DNA of 64,000 nt from Candidatus Magasanikiibacteriota bacterium (GTDB lineage: Bacteria > Patescibacteriota > Patescibacteriia > Magasanikbacterales > GWA2-37-8): contig JBAYGI010000004.1 in NCBI GenBank assembly GCA_041666745.1, positions 3,440 to 67,439 of the forward strand, given 5' to 3'. Position numbers and translations under genes: made by a program. The notes beneath the pieces were generated by a model. The model was not told the origin of the DNA. It worked only from the letters and a program-made list of their open reading frames with translations, and did no database searches. The stretch's first letter is position 1. The number at the start of each line of letters is the position of its first letter. Positions 55,364 through 64,000 of this stretch are shown here, piece after piece.

Positions 55364-56578
55364 ATGCCATATTTGAGTCATTTATTAAACAGCAAAGTGA
55401 GTGACAGCGCCGACGTGGTGATTGGCCGTCTCGAGGATGTATTAATCAAGGAAAAAGCGGGCGATTATTCTCCATTGGAGTATGTAATAATCAAAAAACG
55501 CCATCAGAAAAAGAGAGTGATCATTCCTTATGATGCCATTGAAAATTTTAGTAGCGAAGAGGTTTCGTTGCGCACACTTTATTCCAAAATAAATTTTTTA
55601 GAAGATGAGCCGGAGGGATATATTCGTTTGAATCGCGATGTGATGGATCAACAGATTGTGGATGTGGCGGGCGCGCGAGTAGTGCGGGTCAACGATCTGC
55701 GTATTGGTGATTTTGAAGGCAAAATGTGTGTGCTTGGAATTGATATTAGTTTTGGTGGTTTGTTGCGTCGTTTGGGTGTGTTGAGGCTAGATTTCCTAGG
55801 TTTTTTTAAAGTAAATTTGATAGATTGGCGCAAGGTTCAACCGGTTAAAGGAGAATTAAAATTGGACAGTGTTTCCAGAGATTTGACCCGACTTCATCCG
55901 GCCGACATTGCCAACATTATCGAGGATTTGAGTGTAAAACAAGGCAGTAATTTGGTTTTGTCTCTTGATAAAAATATGGCCGCTAGAGTGTTTGAAGAAA
56001 TTGATCCTGAAATTCAAAAACTTTTGATTTCTCGGTTGAGCCCGGAACACGCGGCGCGTATTAGTGAACGTATGTCTATAGATGAGTTGGTAGATTTGAT
56101 TCATTCTCTCCCACACCATCAATCCAAACAACTGCTTGGCTATGTGGAGCAAGATCGCATGAAAAAAGTAAAGAAATTGTTGAACTATGAAGACGATACC
56201 GCCGGTGGTTTGATGGTTACTGATTACCTAGCTGGTTTGCCTGACGATACTGTCGCTGTAACAATTGAAAAAATTCGCAAACTTTCAGATAGTTTTCGTT
56301 CCGTCAATTATATTTATGTTATTGATGAAAAAAATAAGTATAAAGGAGTAATTTCTTTTAGAAAATTGTTGATTTCTGATCCAAAAGAAATTTTGAAAGA
56401 TGTGATGAAGAAAAATATTCATTTGCCCGTGCTGCATCCAAAAGAATCAATCAAAAGTGTAGCTCATCTGATGACCAAATATGATCTGAATTCGGTTGCG
56501 GTAGTTGATGGTGATAATAAATTTTTGGGAGTAGTGGCCGTGGACGATGTCATGCGAGCTTTAGTACCAAATGCTTAA
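55364..56578 (+). CDS. MgtE intracellular-domain/CBS protein with N-terminal PRC-barrels (no TM pore)
   Basis: 'DQQIVDVAGARVVRVND', 'LHPADIA', 'YEDDTAGGLM', CBS pair 'KYDLNSVAVVD'. Confidence 0.88.
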   Translation: MPYLSHLLNSKVSDSADVVIGRLEDVLIKEKAGDYSPLEYVIIKKRHQKKRVIIPYDAIENFSSEEVSLRTLYSKINFLEDEPEGYIRLNRDVMDQQIVDVAGARVVRVNDLRIGDFEGKMCVLGIDISFGGLLRRLGVLRLDFLGFFKVNLIDWRKVQPVKGELKLDSVSRDLTRLHPADIANIIEDLSVKQGSNLVLSLDKNMAARVFEEIDPEIQKLLISRLSPEHAARISERMSIDELVDLIHSLPHHQSKQLLGYVEQDRMKKVKKLLNYEDDTAGGLMVTDYLAGLPDDTVAVTIEKIRKLSDSFRSVNYIYVIDEKNKYKGVISFRKLLISDPKEILKDVMKKNIHLPVLHPKESIKSVAHLMTKYDLNSVAVVDGDNKFLGVVAVDDVMRALVPNA

Positions 56579-56579
56579 T

Positions 56580-57848
56580 ATGGAAAAAACCAACAACAAA
56601 GGTTCAAGAATAAAAAGATTGTGGCCAAGAATTTTGTTAATTTCGAGCGTGATTGGCCCGGGGATTATTGCCGGTACGGCCGATAACGATGCTGGCGGTA
56701 TCGCGACTTATTCTGTGGCTGGCTCGCAATTTGGCTATCATCTGATTTGGGTGTTGTTTTTGGTAACTTTTGTTTTAGCCATTACCCAAGAAATGGGTGC
56801 TCGTTTGGGAATTGTTTCCGGCAAAGGACTGTCGGCTTTGATTCGTGAAAATTTTCCATTCAAAGCGACTTTTTTTATCATTTTATTGAGCTTTGTTGCC
56901 AACTGGGCCAATGTTTTGGCTGAATTTTCCGGTGTTTCAGCCGTGGCCAATATTTATGGTATACCAAATTGGTTGTTTGTTTTGAGCTCGGCCGGGTTGA
57001 TTAGTTGGCTGGTTATTTCAGGAAATTTTAAAAATATTCAAAGAATTTTTCTTACTTCTTCGGCACTGTATTTTGCCTATGTTTTTGCTGGTTTTATGAC
57101 TCATCCGGATTGGTCGGCGGCAATGAAATCTATTGTGGTGCCATCGTGGATTCCAACTCAAGATTTTTTATTTATGGCGATTGCTTTAATTGGTACCACA
57201 GTAACAATTTGGGGGCAGTTTTTTATTCAATCATATTTTGCGGAAAAAGGTGTCCGAACGCAAGACTTGAATTTGGCCAGAGCGGATGTTTATGTCGGGT
57301 CTTTTTGGACAAATTTTGTCGCTTTTTTTATTATAGTAGCTACTGCCGGTACATTGTATGTTAATGGAATTACTATCAGCGATGCGGCGGATGCAGCACG
57401 CGCTTTGGAGCCGTTTGCCGGTTCTTTGGCAAAGCATTTGTTTGCTTGGGGGTTGTACAACGCTTCGATGCTTGGGGCAGGTGTTGTAACAATTGCGACC
57501 GCTTATTCTATTACCGAGGCTTTTGGATGGGAGGGAAAAGTGAATGCCGGCTACAAAGAGTCGTCGGCTTTTTATAAGATATTTTTGTTTTGTATTTTTT
57601 CTACCGCTTTGATTGTGTTGATACCAAACTTTCCAATTGTGCCGGTATTGGTCGCGTCGCAAGCTCTAAATACTTTTGTTTTACCAGTTTTGTTTTTCTT
57701 TTTGTTGCGACTGTTAAACCGCAAAGATATTATGGGGAATCATTGCAATGGTTTGTTTTTAAATATTGTCGGTTGGGTTTCCATCGTGGCTTTGTCGGTA
57801 TTAAATTTTTCTTATTTTGTTTATTTGATTAAAAGTTTTTTCCACTAA
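56580..57848 (+). CDS. NRAMP-family divalent cation transporter (Nramp-related, Mg-type clade)
   Basis: 'GPGIIAGTADNDAGGIATYS', 'QEMGARLG', 'IGTTVTIWGQFF'. Confidence 0.9.
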   Translation: MEKTNNKGSRIKRLWPRILLISSVIGPGIIAGTADNDAGGIATYSVAGSQFGYHLIWVLFLVTFVLAITQEMGARLGIVSGKGLSALIRENFPFKATFFIILLSFVANWANVLAEFSGVSAVANIYGIPNWLFVLSSAGLISWLVISGNFKNIQRIFLTSSALYFAYVFAGFMTHPDWSAAMKSIVVPSWIPTQDFLFMAIALIGTTVTIWGQFFIQSYFAEKGVRTQDLNLARADVYVGSFWTNFVAFFIIVATAGTLYVNGITISDAADAARALEPFAGSLAKHLFAWGLYNASMLGAGVVTIATAYSITEAFGWEGKVNAGYKESSAFYKIFLFCIFSTALIVLIPNFPIVPVLVASQALNTFVLPVLFFFLLRLLNRKDIMGNHCNGLFLNIVGWVSIVALSVLNFSYFVYLIKSFFH

Positions 57849-58984
57849 CTGTTTATAATCGCCAGATGTTCTTTGGCACTATTTTCCCAAGTATATTTAG
57901 AGGCTAATTCCAAGCCTCTTTTTAAATATTCTTCGTAGAGTTTGCTATTTTTAAGCAGTGATTTTATAGCATTACTGATATTTGATACATTGTTTGGATT
58001 GATTAAATAAGTGGCGTTGTTGGTTATTTCCGGCATGGAAGACCGATTGCTGGTGATGACCGGCGTGCCCATTTTCATAGCTTCAATAACAGGAAATCCG
58101 AAGCCTTCATAAAAACTTGGAAAAACAAAAAGATTCGAAAGGGCAAACAGTGCCGGTTTGTCGGTATCGGCGATGTACCCCAAAAATTTGATATGATCAC
58201 GCAATTTTGATTTACCGGCGGTTTCATAAATTGATTTATTTTTCCAGCCTGAGCCACCGGCAATTATTAAATAAAATTTATCACTTAAATCTTTTGGTAA
58301 TTTTTCAAAAGCTTTGATTAAACCGATTAAATTTTTGCGCGGTTCGATTGATCCTAAAAATAAAATAAAATTTTCCGGCAAGTCGTATTTTTTTTGAACG
58401 ATAGTTTTTTGCAATTTCAATCTGGCATCGGTTAGGTCAAAATTTGGTGATATTCCCGGATAAATTACTTTGATTTTATTTTCGTTTATTTGGTAATATT
58501 CTATCAAATCCCGTTTGGTATTTTCAGATGGTACGACGATAGTATCGGCTCGCACACATTGTTTTTTTGGATTGATAATTTTGTGCCACAATTGTTGTTT
58601 GAGAGTATAAAATTCAGGAAATAATTCAAAAGAAATATCATGAATAGTCAGTATATGCTTGATGTTTTTATTTAATGATAAAAAATTGATATTTGGAGAA
58701 TACCAACAGTCGATTTTTTCAGGCAGAAGTTTGTTTATGTTTATGAGCTTGCAAGCTAGCGCAAGATTGAGAAGTTTGTTGGGAAAATTTGTGTGGATAT
58801 GGTGTGTATTTGGCTGTTGCCAAGCCAACAAATTCCGATCTGTTTTTTTTGAAGCATTGGAAAATAAATAATAGTTATTGGTTGTGTCTGTCTTTAAAAT
58901 AGCGTTTAATAATCCAAACGCATATTCGCCGATGCCGGTTTTATTTTTGGTCATGAGCGATCTGACATCTACACCAATGTTCAT
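57845..58984 (-). CDS. Glycosyltransferase family 4
   Basis: 'MNIGVDVR', 'EPRKN', 'YEGFGFPVIEAM'; start set at 58984. Confidence 0.93.
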   Translation of the reverse strand: MNIGVDVRSLMTKNKTGIGEYAFGLLNAILKTDTTNNYYLFSNASKKTDRNLLAWQQPNTHHIHTNFPNKLLNLALACKLININKLLPEKIDCWYSPNINFLSLNKNIKHILTIHDISFELFPEFYTLKQQLWHKIINPKKQCVRADTIVVPSENTKRDLIEYYQINENKIKVIYPGISPNFDLTDARLKLQKTIVQKKYDLPENFILFLGSIEPRKNLIGLIKAFEKLPKDLSDKFYLIIAGGSGWKNKSIYETAGKSKLRDHIKFLGYIADTDKPALFALSNLFVFPSFYEGFGFPVIEAMKMGTPVITSNRSSMPEITNNATYLINPNNVSNISNAIKSLLKNSKLYEEYLKRGLELASKYTWENSAKEHLAIINS

Positions 58985-58991
58985 ATTGAGT

Positions 58992-60092
58992 TTATAAACT
59001 GTTTTGGAATTGCGCGAAATGGTCGTTGGTAAATGATTGGATATTATTTTTAAACTTATCACAAGAAAATTTTTGGGTATGCAGACGGATTTTTTCACTA
59101 TCCCAGTGATATGGATCAAAATTCAATATGCTGTTTAACAATGATTCCCAAGTTTGTTCGTAAAAAAACACACCAGTTTCGTTGGGTATGATAGTTTCGG
59201 TGGCACCGCCATAACCATAGGCGATAACCGGCCGGCCAGCAGACATCGCTTCGATAGGGGTGATCCCGAAGTCTTCTTTTTGGGGGTGGATAAAAGCCAG
59301 CGCGCGACTAAACAAAACCGCTTTTTCGTTTTCAGAAATTTTTCCGTAAAATTCAACATTTGGTTTGGCGATTCTTTTTAGATGTTTATATTCCGGTCCA
59401 ATCCCAAAAATTTTCAATGGTAATTGTAAGCGGTTAAAAACTTTGACAACCAAATCCAAGCGTTTGTATGGAACCAAACGACCACCGGCGACATAGTAGT
59501 CACCCAATGTACTGGCAATTTGAAAACGGTGAGTATCGACCGGTGGAAAAATAATTTCAGAATCGCGACGGTAATATTTTTTGATTCTCTTTTGAACGGT
59601 TTGAGAATTGGCAATAAAATGATCAACTCGTTGAGTGCTCATTTGATCCCACATACGCAAACGGTGGTTGAGCAGAGGTAAAATTAATTTTACGAAATAA
59701 TTGCTTTTCAAATCTGATAAATAATTATTGCCATCACCCCAAAGAAAACGTGGTGGGGTATGACAATAAGAAATATGCAGAGTATCCGGTGAAGTAATGA
59801 TACCTTTGGCAAAAATACTGGTCGAAGAAATAACTACATCAAAATTGCGCAGGTCGTGTTGCTCAGTAGCCATGGGCATGAAAGGCAGATACCATTGAAA
59901 AATATTATCGACAAATGGCATTTTGGCCAACCACGATTCTCGGATTTTTTCATTATCAAAATAATTTATTTTTTTTCGATCATGAAATAAAACAAAAATT
60001 GGCGCTGACGGCCAAATTTCGTGTAAGGCTTTTAATACTCTTTCTGCCCCTCCATCTTGAGAAAGATAATCATGTATCAGGGCAATGCGCAT
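58992..60092 (-). CDS. Glycosyltransferase family 4 (WbaZ-like mannosyltransferase)
   Basis: 'ALIHDYL..GGAERVL', 'YCHTPPRFLW', 'EDFGITPIEAM'. Confidence 0.93.
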   Translation of the reverse strand: MRIALIHDYLSQDGGAERVLKALHEIWPSAPIFVLFHDRKKINYFDNEKIRESWLAKMPFVDNIFQWYLPFMPMATEQHDLRNFDVVISSTSIFAKGIITSPDTLHISYCHTPPRFLWGDGNNYLSDLKSNYFVKLILPLLNHRLRMWDQMSTQRVDHFIANSQTVQKRIKKYYRRDSEIIFPPVDTHRFQIASTLGDYYVAGGRLVPYKRLDLVVKVFNRLQLPLKIFGIGPEYKHLKRIAKPNVEFYGKISENEKAVLFSRALAFIHPQKEDFGITPIEAMSAGRPVIAYGYGGATETIIPNETGVFFYEQTWESLLNSILNFDPYHWDSEKIRLHTQKFSCDKFKNNIQSFTNDHFAQFQNSL

Positions 60093-60096
60093 AAGT

Positions 60097-61515
60097 TTAC
60101 CAAGCTCCTTTGTTTTTTAAGACGACAAAAGGGGTTTTGATTAAAATAATCAGGTCAATAAAAAAACTCCAATGTTCGATATAGAAAATATCCAAGCGGG
60201 CTTCTTCGTCAAAATTCAAATCACTGCGTCCGGAAATTTGCGCCAATCCGGTGATCCCGGGGCGAATAGCAAATAGGGTTTTGTGCCATTTTTCGTATTT
60301 GTTTACTTCACGCGGTTGGTGTGGGCGTGGACCAACCAAACTCATATCTCCCTTTAAAACATTGAAGAAATTTGGTAATTCATCCAAACTGAAACGACGA
60401 ATAAAACGGCCAAATGGTGTGATGCGTGGGTCGTTTTTAATTTTGTATACCGGGCCGTTTTTTTCACTTTTTTCTTTGATTAGTTGTTGTTCGAAAGAGA
60501 GGGCTCTGCTATTTTGTTTTTCAAATTGCGCGCCGGTGCAATATTTTTGGTACATTGATCTAAATTTGTAGGTGAAGAATTTTTTACCTTCTTGTCCGAC
60601 ACGTTCGTTTTTATAAATAATCGGGCGACCGGTTTCCAATAAAATAACAATCGTGACTAAAAGATAAAGTGGGGAAAATAAAATCATCAAAATAATACTG
60701 CCAATAATATCCAATATTCGTTTGGAGATCCTGCCCCAACCAGATAGACGGGTGCGGCGCAATTCAACAATTGGCACACCGGCGATAGTAGACATGGTCA
60801 TATTGGAGGAAATGGTTGCGAATAAATCGGCGGAATATTTGAAAGTGATATGGTTTTCATTGGCAAAATCAATAGCGCTCATCGTATCGCTCTCGTTGGC
60901 TTTGGGGTCGGTAAAAATTATTTCATCCAAGCGTTGTGTTTTTAGTTCGGCTAATTTTGTCGCGTCAAAATGTTTGAGACAGGCAACGATTTTGTAGCCC
61001 ATGTATGGTTTTTCTTCCAAAGTGTCTGTTATGGTTTCGGCAATATTTTGTGAGCCGATTATGACCGTGCGGCGTAAACCAATACCCAGACGGTAACAAA
61101 GTATTTTTAAAAGACGCATAAAAATGTGTGTCGCAAAAACGTATATCACTGACAATATCCAACCGGCTAAAACCAAAAAGCGCGAATCAAATTTTTGTAG
61201 AGTGAAAAAGACAAAAATAGTAATGGCGGCAAAGCCGGTGGCGCAAGCAAAAAAGACGCGGTTCAGTTCATTGGTGAGTTTGCGATTGGGATTGGAAGAA
61301 TACAGACCGGAAAAGGCAAAAATGACAATCCAGACGGCGGCGACTACAAAAACAGTTGGCCAATATTTTGGCCAAGAAAGATTAAAAATCACCGGACGGA
61401 TAGCGGTGACAAAGCCGGCAAAACGCAAAGAATAGGCGGTGAAACCGGCTAAAACCAATGCCAAGTAGTCGATTGGTACTTGTAGAAATGCGAAAGTGAG
61501 TTCAAAGCGTTTCAT
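60097..61515 (-). CDS. Polyprenyl-phosphate sugar phosphotransferase (WcaJ/WbaP-like priming enzyme)
   Basis: 'KRILDI', 'KFRSM', 'DPRITPFGRFIRRFSLDELP', 'MSLVGPRP', 'PGITGLAQ'; start set at 61515. Confidence 0.95.
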   Translation of the reverse strand: MKRFELTFAFLQVPIDYLALVLAGFTAYSLRFAGFVTAIRPVIFNLSWPKYWPTVFVVAAVWIVIFAFSGLYSSNPNRKLTNELNRVFFACATGFAAITIFVFFTLQKFDSRFLVLAGWILSVIYVFATHIFMRLLKILCYRLGIGLRRTVIIGSQNIAETITDTLEEKPYMGYKIVACLKHFDATKLAELKTQRLDEIIFTDPKANESDTMSAIDFANENHITFKYSADLFATISSNMTMSTIAGVPIVELRRTRLSGWGRISKRILDIIGSIILMILFSPLYLLVTIVILLETGRPIIYKNERVGQEGKKFFTYKFRSMYQKYCTGAQFEKQNSRALSFEQQLIKEKSEKNGPVYKIKNDPRITPFGRFIRRFSLDELPNFFNVLKGDMSLVGPRPHQPREVNKYEKWHKTLFAIRPGITGLAQISGRSDLNFDEEARLDIFYIEHWSFFIDLIILIKTPFVVLKNKGAW

Positions 61516-61604
61516 AATTACTATTATTTTACTCTTTTTTGGGTTTTGCGTCAATTGTCTTATCCGATTGACTTTTAGCCAAAATTTTAGTAAACTTACG
61601 AAGT

Positions 61605-61901
61605 ATGAAATTGACTTTTGAACGTGAAAAAATTGGCGATCCCGAGAGATTCATCCGCCGTTGTGGTTATGGCCAGCATAAAACCAGAAATGGCGAGGTG
61701 AGTTATGTAAAACGGGTGCACGGTGACTGGTATCCACGTTTTCATGTGTATATTTTGGATGAAAAAGATAAAATAATTTTTAATTTGCATTTGGATCAGC
61801 GTCAACCGGTTTACGAGGGTGTAACTGCTCACGCCGGTGAGTATGATGGCGAAGTAGTGGAACGTGAAGCAGAAAGAATTAAAAAAATAATCCAACCTTA
61901 G
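61605..61901 (+). CDS. Conserved hypothetical protein
   Basis: 'YPRFHVY..LHLDQ..AHAGEYDG..VERE'; first gene of the adk-map unit. Confidence 0.7.
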   Translation: MKLTFEREKIGDPERFIRRCGYGQHKTRNGEVSYVKRVHGDWYPRFHVYILDEKDKIIFNLHLDQRQPVYEGVTAHAGEYDGEVVEREAERIKKIIQP

Positions 61902-61906
61902 ACAGT

Positions 61907-62569
61907 ATGAAAAAGATTTTAATATTTATCGGTCCTCCGGGAAGTGGAAAAGGAACTCAAGCAAAACTGTTGGCCAAAAAATATGGATACAAACATATTT
62001 CCACCGGTGATCTTTTTCGTGCTTTGGCTTCTGACAAAAATGTGACCGAAAAAGAAAAACAAGCATTGGAAGAAATGAAATCCGGTAAATTGGTTTCGGA
62101 TTGGTTAGTATATGATTTGGCTTTCAAAGAAATTAAGAAAAATTTGGAAACCGGTGTCGGTGTAGTATTGGACGGGGCTATTCGCAGTGTAGAACAAGCC
62201 GAAGAATTTCAAAAATTTTTTGAGAAATATGGTTGGGAAAATGAAGTGCAATCTGTCGAAGTGGCTATTTCAGATGAGGAGTCTTTTAATCGCTTAACTA
62301 AGCGTAGAATTTGTAGTAAATGTGATGAAATTATTCCATATTTACCAACCACCAAAGACCTAACCAGTTGCCCAAAATGTGGCGGTGAATTGGTTTCTCG
62401 CAAAGATGACAATGAACAAGTAATCAAAGCAAGAATTGAAAAACAAGGTAATAAAATTTTGCGTCCAATTTTGGATTATTATTCTAAAAAAAGAATGTTA
62501 AAAGTTGTCGATGGGATGAAAGGTATTGCTGAAGTTGAAACGGAAATTAAAAAATCCATTAATTTTTAA
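61907..62569 (+). CDS. adk: Adenylate kinase
   Basis: 'GPPGSGKGTQA', 'HISTGDLFR', Zn-lid CxxC..CPKCGG..RKDD. Confidence 0.93.
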   Translation: MKKILIFIGPPGSGKGTQAKLLAKKYGYKHISTGDLFRALASDKNVTEKEKQALEEMKSGKLVSDWLVYDLAFKEIKKNLETGVGVVLDGAIRSVEQAEEFQKFFEKYGWENEVQSVEVAISDEESFNRLTKRRICSKCDEIIPYLPTTKDLTSCPKCGGELVSRKDDNEQVIKARIEKQGNKILRPILDYYSKKRMLKVVDGMKGIAEVETEIKKSINF

Positions 62570-62588
62570 ATTCGATTGAATATTTTTT

Positions 62589-63395
62589 ATGTCACTTATA
62601 AAATCACAATCGGATATCAACCAAATAATCTCCGGTGGAAAAGCCATGGGAAAAATTTTAGAAAAATTAGAAAAAATGGTTAAGGTGGGAATGACCACTT
62701 GGGAAGTAGATCAATTGGCGGAAAAATTGATCAAAGATGTTGGTGGTCGTCCAGCTTTCAAAGGATATTTTACTCGACCGGGCGATACTCCGTTTCCAAC
62801 CACGATTTGTGCCTCGGTAAATGAGGAACTGGTGCATGGAATCGCAAAAAAAGAAACAGTTTTAAATGACGGGGATATTTTTAGTATAGATATAGGCATG
62901 GAATGGCCTTATAAAAAGGGTGGTAAAGGTTTTTTTACCGATACGGCTTTGACTGTGCCGGTGGGGAAAATTTCTAAAGAAGTGATGGAATTATTGCGTG
63001 TTACCAAAGAATCTTTGGAAGTGGGTATCAAGGCGGCTCAACCCGGATATAGTGTGGCTGGTATTGGAAAAGCAATTGAACATTATGTAAAATCTCAAGG
63101 TCCATACGGGATTATTCGTGATTTGGTTGGGCATGGAGTAGGACACGCGGTACATGAAGATCCAAGAGTGCCGAATTATTATGATCCAAAGTTGGAAAAA
63201 ATAAAACTTCGACCCGGTATGGTGATTGCCATAGAGCCGATGATTTCAATGGGCGATTGGCGAGTTACCGACGGACAAGATGGTTGGACGATTGTGATGG
63301 AAGATGGGTCGTTGTGCGCGCATTTTGAGCATACGGTTGTTATTACAGAGAGTGGAAATATTGTGGCGACTAGACGGCCATCTGAAAAATTTTAG
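62589..63395 (+). CDS. map: Methionine aminopeptidase type I
   Basis: 'CASVNEELVHG', 'GHGVG..HEDP', 'AIEPM', 'AHFEHT'. Confidence 0.97.
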   Translation: MSLIKSQSDINQIISGGKAMGKILEKLEKMVKVGMTTWEVDQLAEKLIKDVGGRPAFKGYFTRPGDTPFPTTICASVNEELVHGIAKKETVLNDGDIFSIDIGMEWPYKKGGKGFFTDTALTVPVGKISKEVMELLRVTKESLEVGIKAAQPGYSVAGIGKAIEHYVKSQGPYGIIRDLVGHGVGHAVHEDPRVPNYYDPKLEKIKLRPGMVIAIEPMISMGDWRVTDGQDGWTIVMEDGSLCAHFEHTVVITESGNIVATRRPSEKF

Positions 63396-63396
63396 T

Positions 63397-63777
63397 ATGA
63401 ATATTTTAGCAGTAGATTTTGGAACAAAAAATATTGGGTTGGCTTGGTGTGATACCGGTATTGGTGTAGTTTTTCCTTTCGGCGTGATTAAAAGTGAAGA
63501 TAAAAATAAAGCCAAAAAAGATTTGCTTGATTTTGTAAAAAAAGAACATGTGGATCAGCTGGTTGTGGGGTTGCCGTTATCATTGGATGGCAAAGAAAAT
63601 AAAAATACCGAGCGTATTCGTGATTTTTTTTCCAGTTTGGATTTGAAAATAAAATTAGATTTTTTTGATGAACGATTTACTTCTAGACAAGCCGATCGAT
63701 CCGAGGGCGGGGCCAGTCGTGATGAAAAATCCGCGATGGTAATATTGGAGAGTTATTTACAAAAAAATAAAAAATAA
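63397..63777 (+). CDS. ruvX: YqgF/RuvX family nuclease
   Basis: 'LAVDFGTKNIGLA', 'VVGLP', 'DERFTS', 'SAMVILESY'; start set at 63397. Confidence 0.93.
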   Translation: MNILAVDFGTKNIGLAWCDTGIGVVFPFGVIKSEDKNKAKKDLLDFVKKEHVDQLVVGLPLSLDGKENKNTERIRDFFSSLDLKIKLDFFDERFTSRQADRSEGGASRDEKSAMVILESYLQKNKK

Positions 63778-63778
63778 C

Positions 63779-64000
63779 ATGTTTGCTTTTGTTTTGTCGC
63801 GCGCTGATTTGCGAGAAAAAGATCAAATGGTTTCACTGTATACCTGGGAGAAAGGAAAAATCGAGGCGGCGATTCGTGGTGTCAAAAAAATTACCAGCAA
63901 AAACTCGGCTTACTTGGAGCCGGTTTTTTTAATCGACGCTGAAATTTTACCGGGGAAAGAAATCAACCATCTCATCAAAGCCGTGCCATTTTTTTGTTAT
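63779..64000 (+). CDS. recO: DNA repair protein RecO, N-terminal part (runs off the window)
   Basis: Hand translation MFAFVLSRADLREKDQMVSLYTWEKGKIEAAIRGVKKITSKNSAYLEP matches the RecO OB-fold pattern. Confidence 0.85.
   Translation, partial: MFAFVLSRADLREKDQMVSLYTWEKGKIEAAIRGVKKITSKNSAYLEPVFLIDAEILPGKEINHLIKAVPFFCY

Noticed and set aside
1-64000. Alternative genetic code (UGA as Gly, as in Gracilibacteria and Absconditabacteria)
   Set aside because: All conserved genes are full length under code 11 with no in-frame TGA interruptions

Overview
AT-rich bacterial chromosome segment read with genetic code 11. The gene content (TrmB regulator, stand-alone PEP-utilising domain, baseplate-J-like and DUF4012 proteins, PilB ATPase, few Shine-Dalgarno sites) points to Patescibacteria/CPR, Parcubacteria-like; this is inference. 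The backbone is housekeeping: ruvB, class II RNR nrdJ with a cobalamin adenosyltransferase, rpoB-rpoC, yebC-ruvC-RluA, rnc-nusB-rpmF, intein-containing gyrA, rpsA, ftsH, thrS-miaA, a glycosyltransferase cluster, adk-map-ruvX-recO and three tRNAs. Most notable: (1) a complete type III hammerhead ribozyme core at 17985-18045, in the structured 3' trailer of an orphan gene upstream of rpoB; (2) four GC-richer single genes, each with its own promoter and 3' hairpins, inserted between host genes; two share an 18-nt leader hairpin and three a related 3' hairpin, which suggests an undescribed family of mobile one-gene cassettes; (3) a unit of promoter, ~165-nt rod-shaped RNA, tRNA 5' fragment, HNH endonuclease and intact tRNA-Leu; (4) a 62-nt structured repeat with fully compensatory changes inserted in the loops of two unrelated hairpins; (5) an HNH intein resembling the GyrB type at a non-canonical GyrA site; (6) an uncalled 24-aa lysine-rich peptide gene with a structured leader. 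All structures were paired by eye; no folding program or database search was run.
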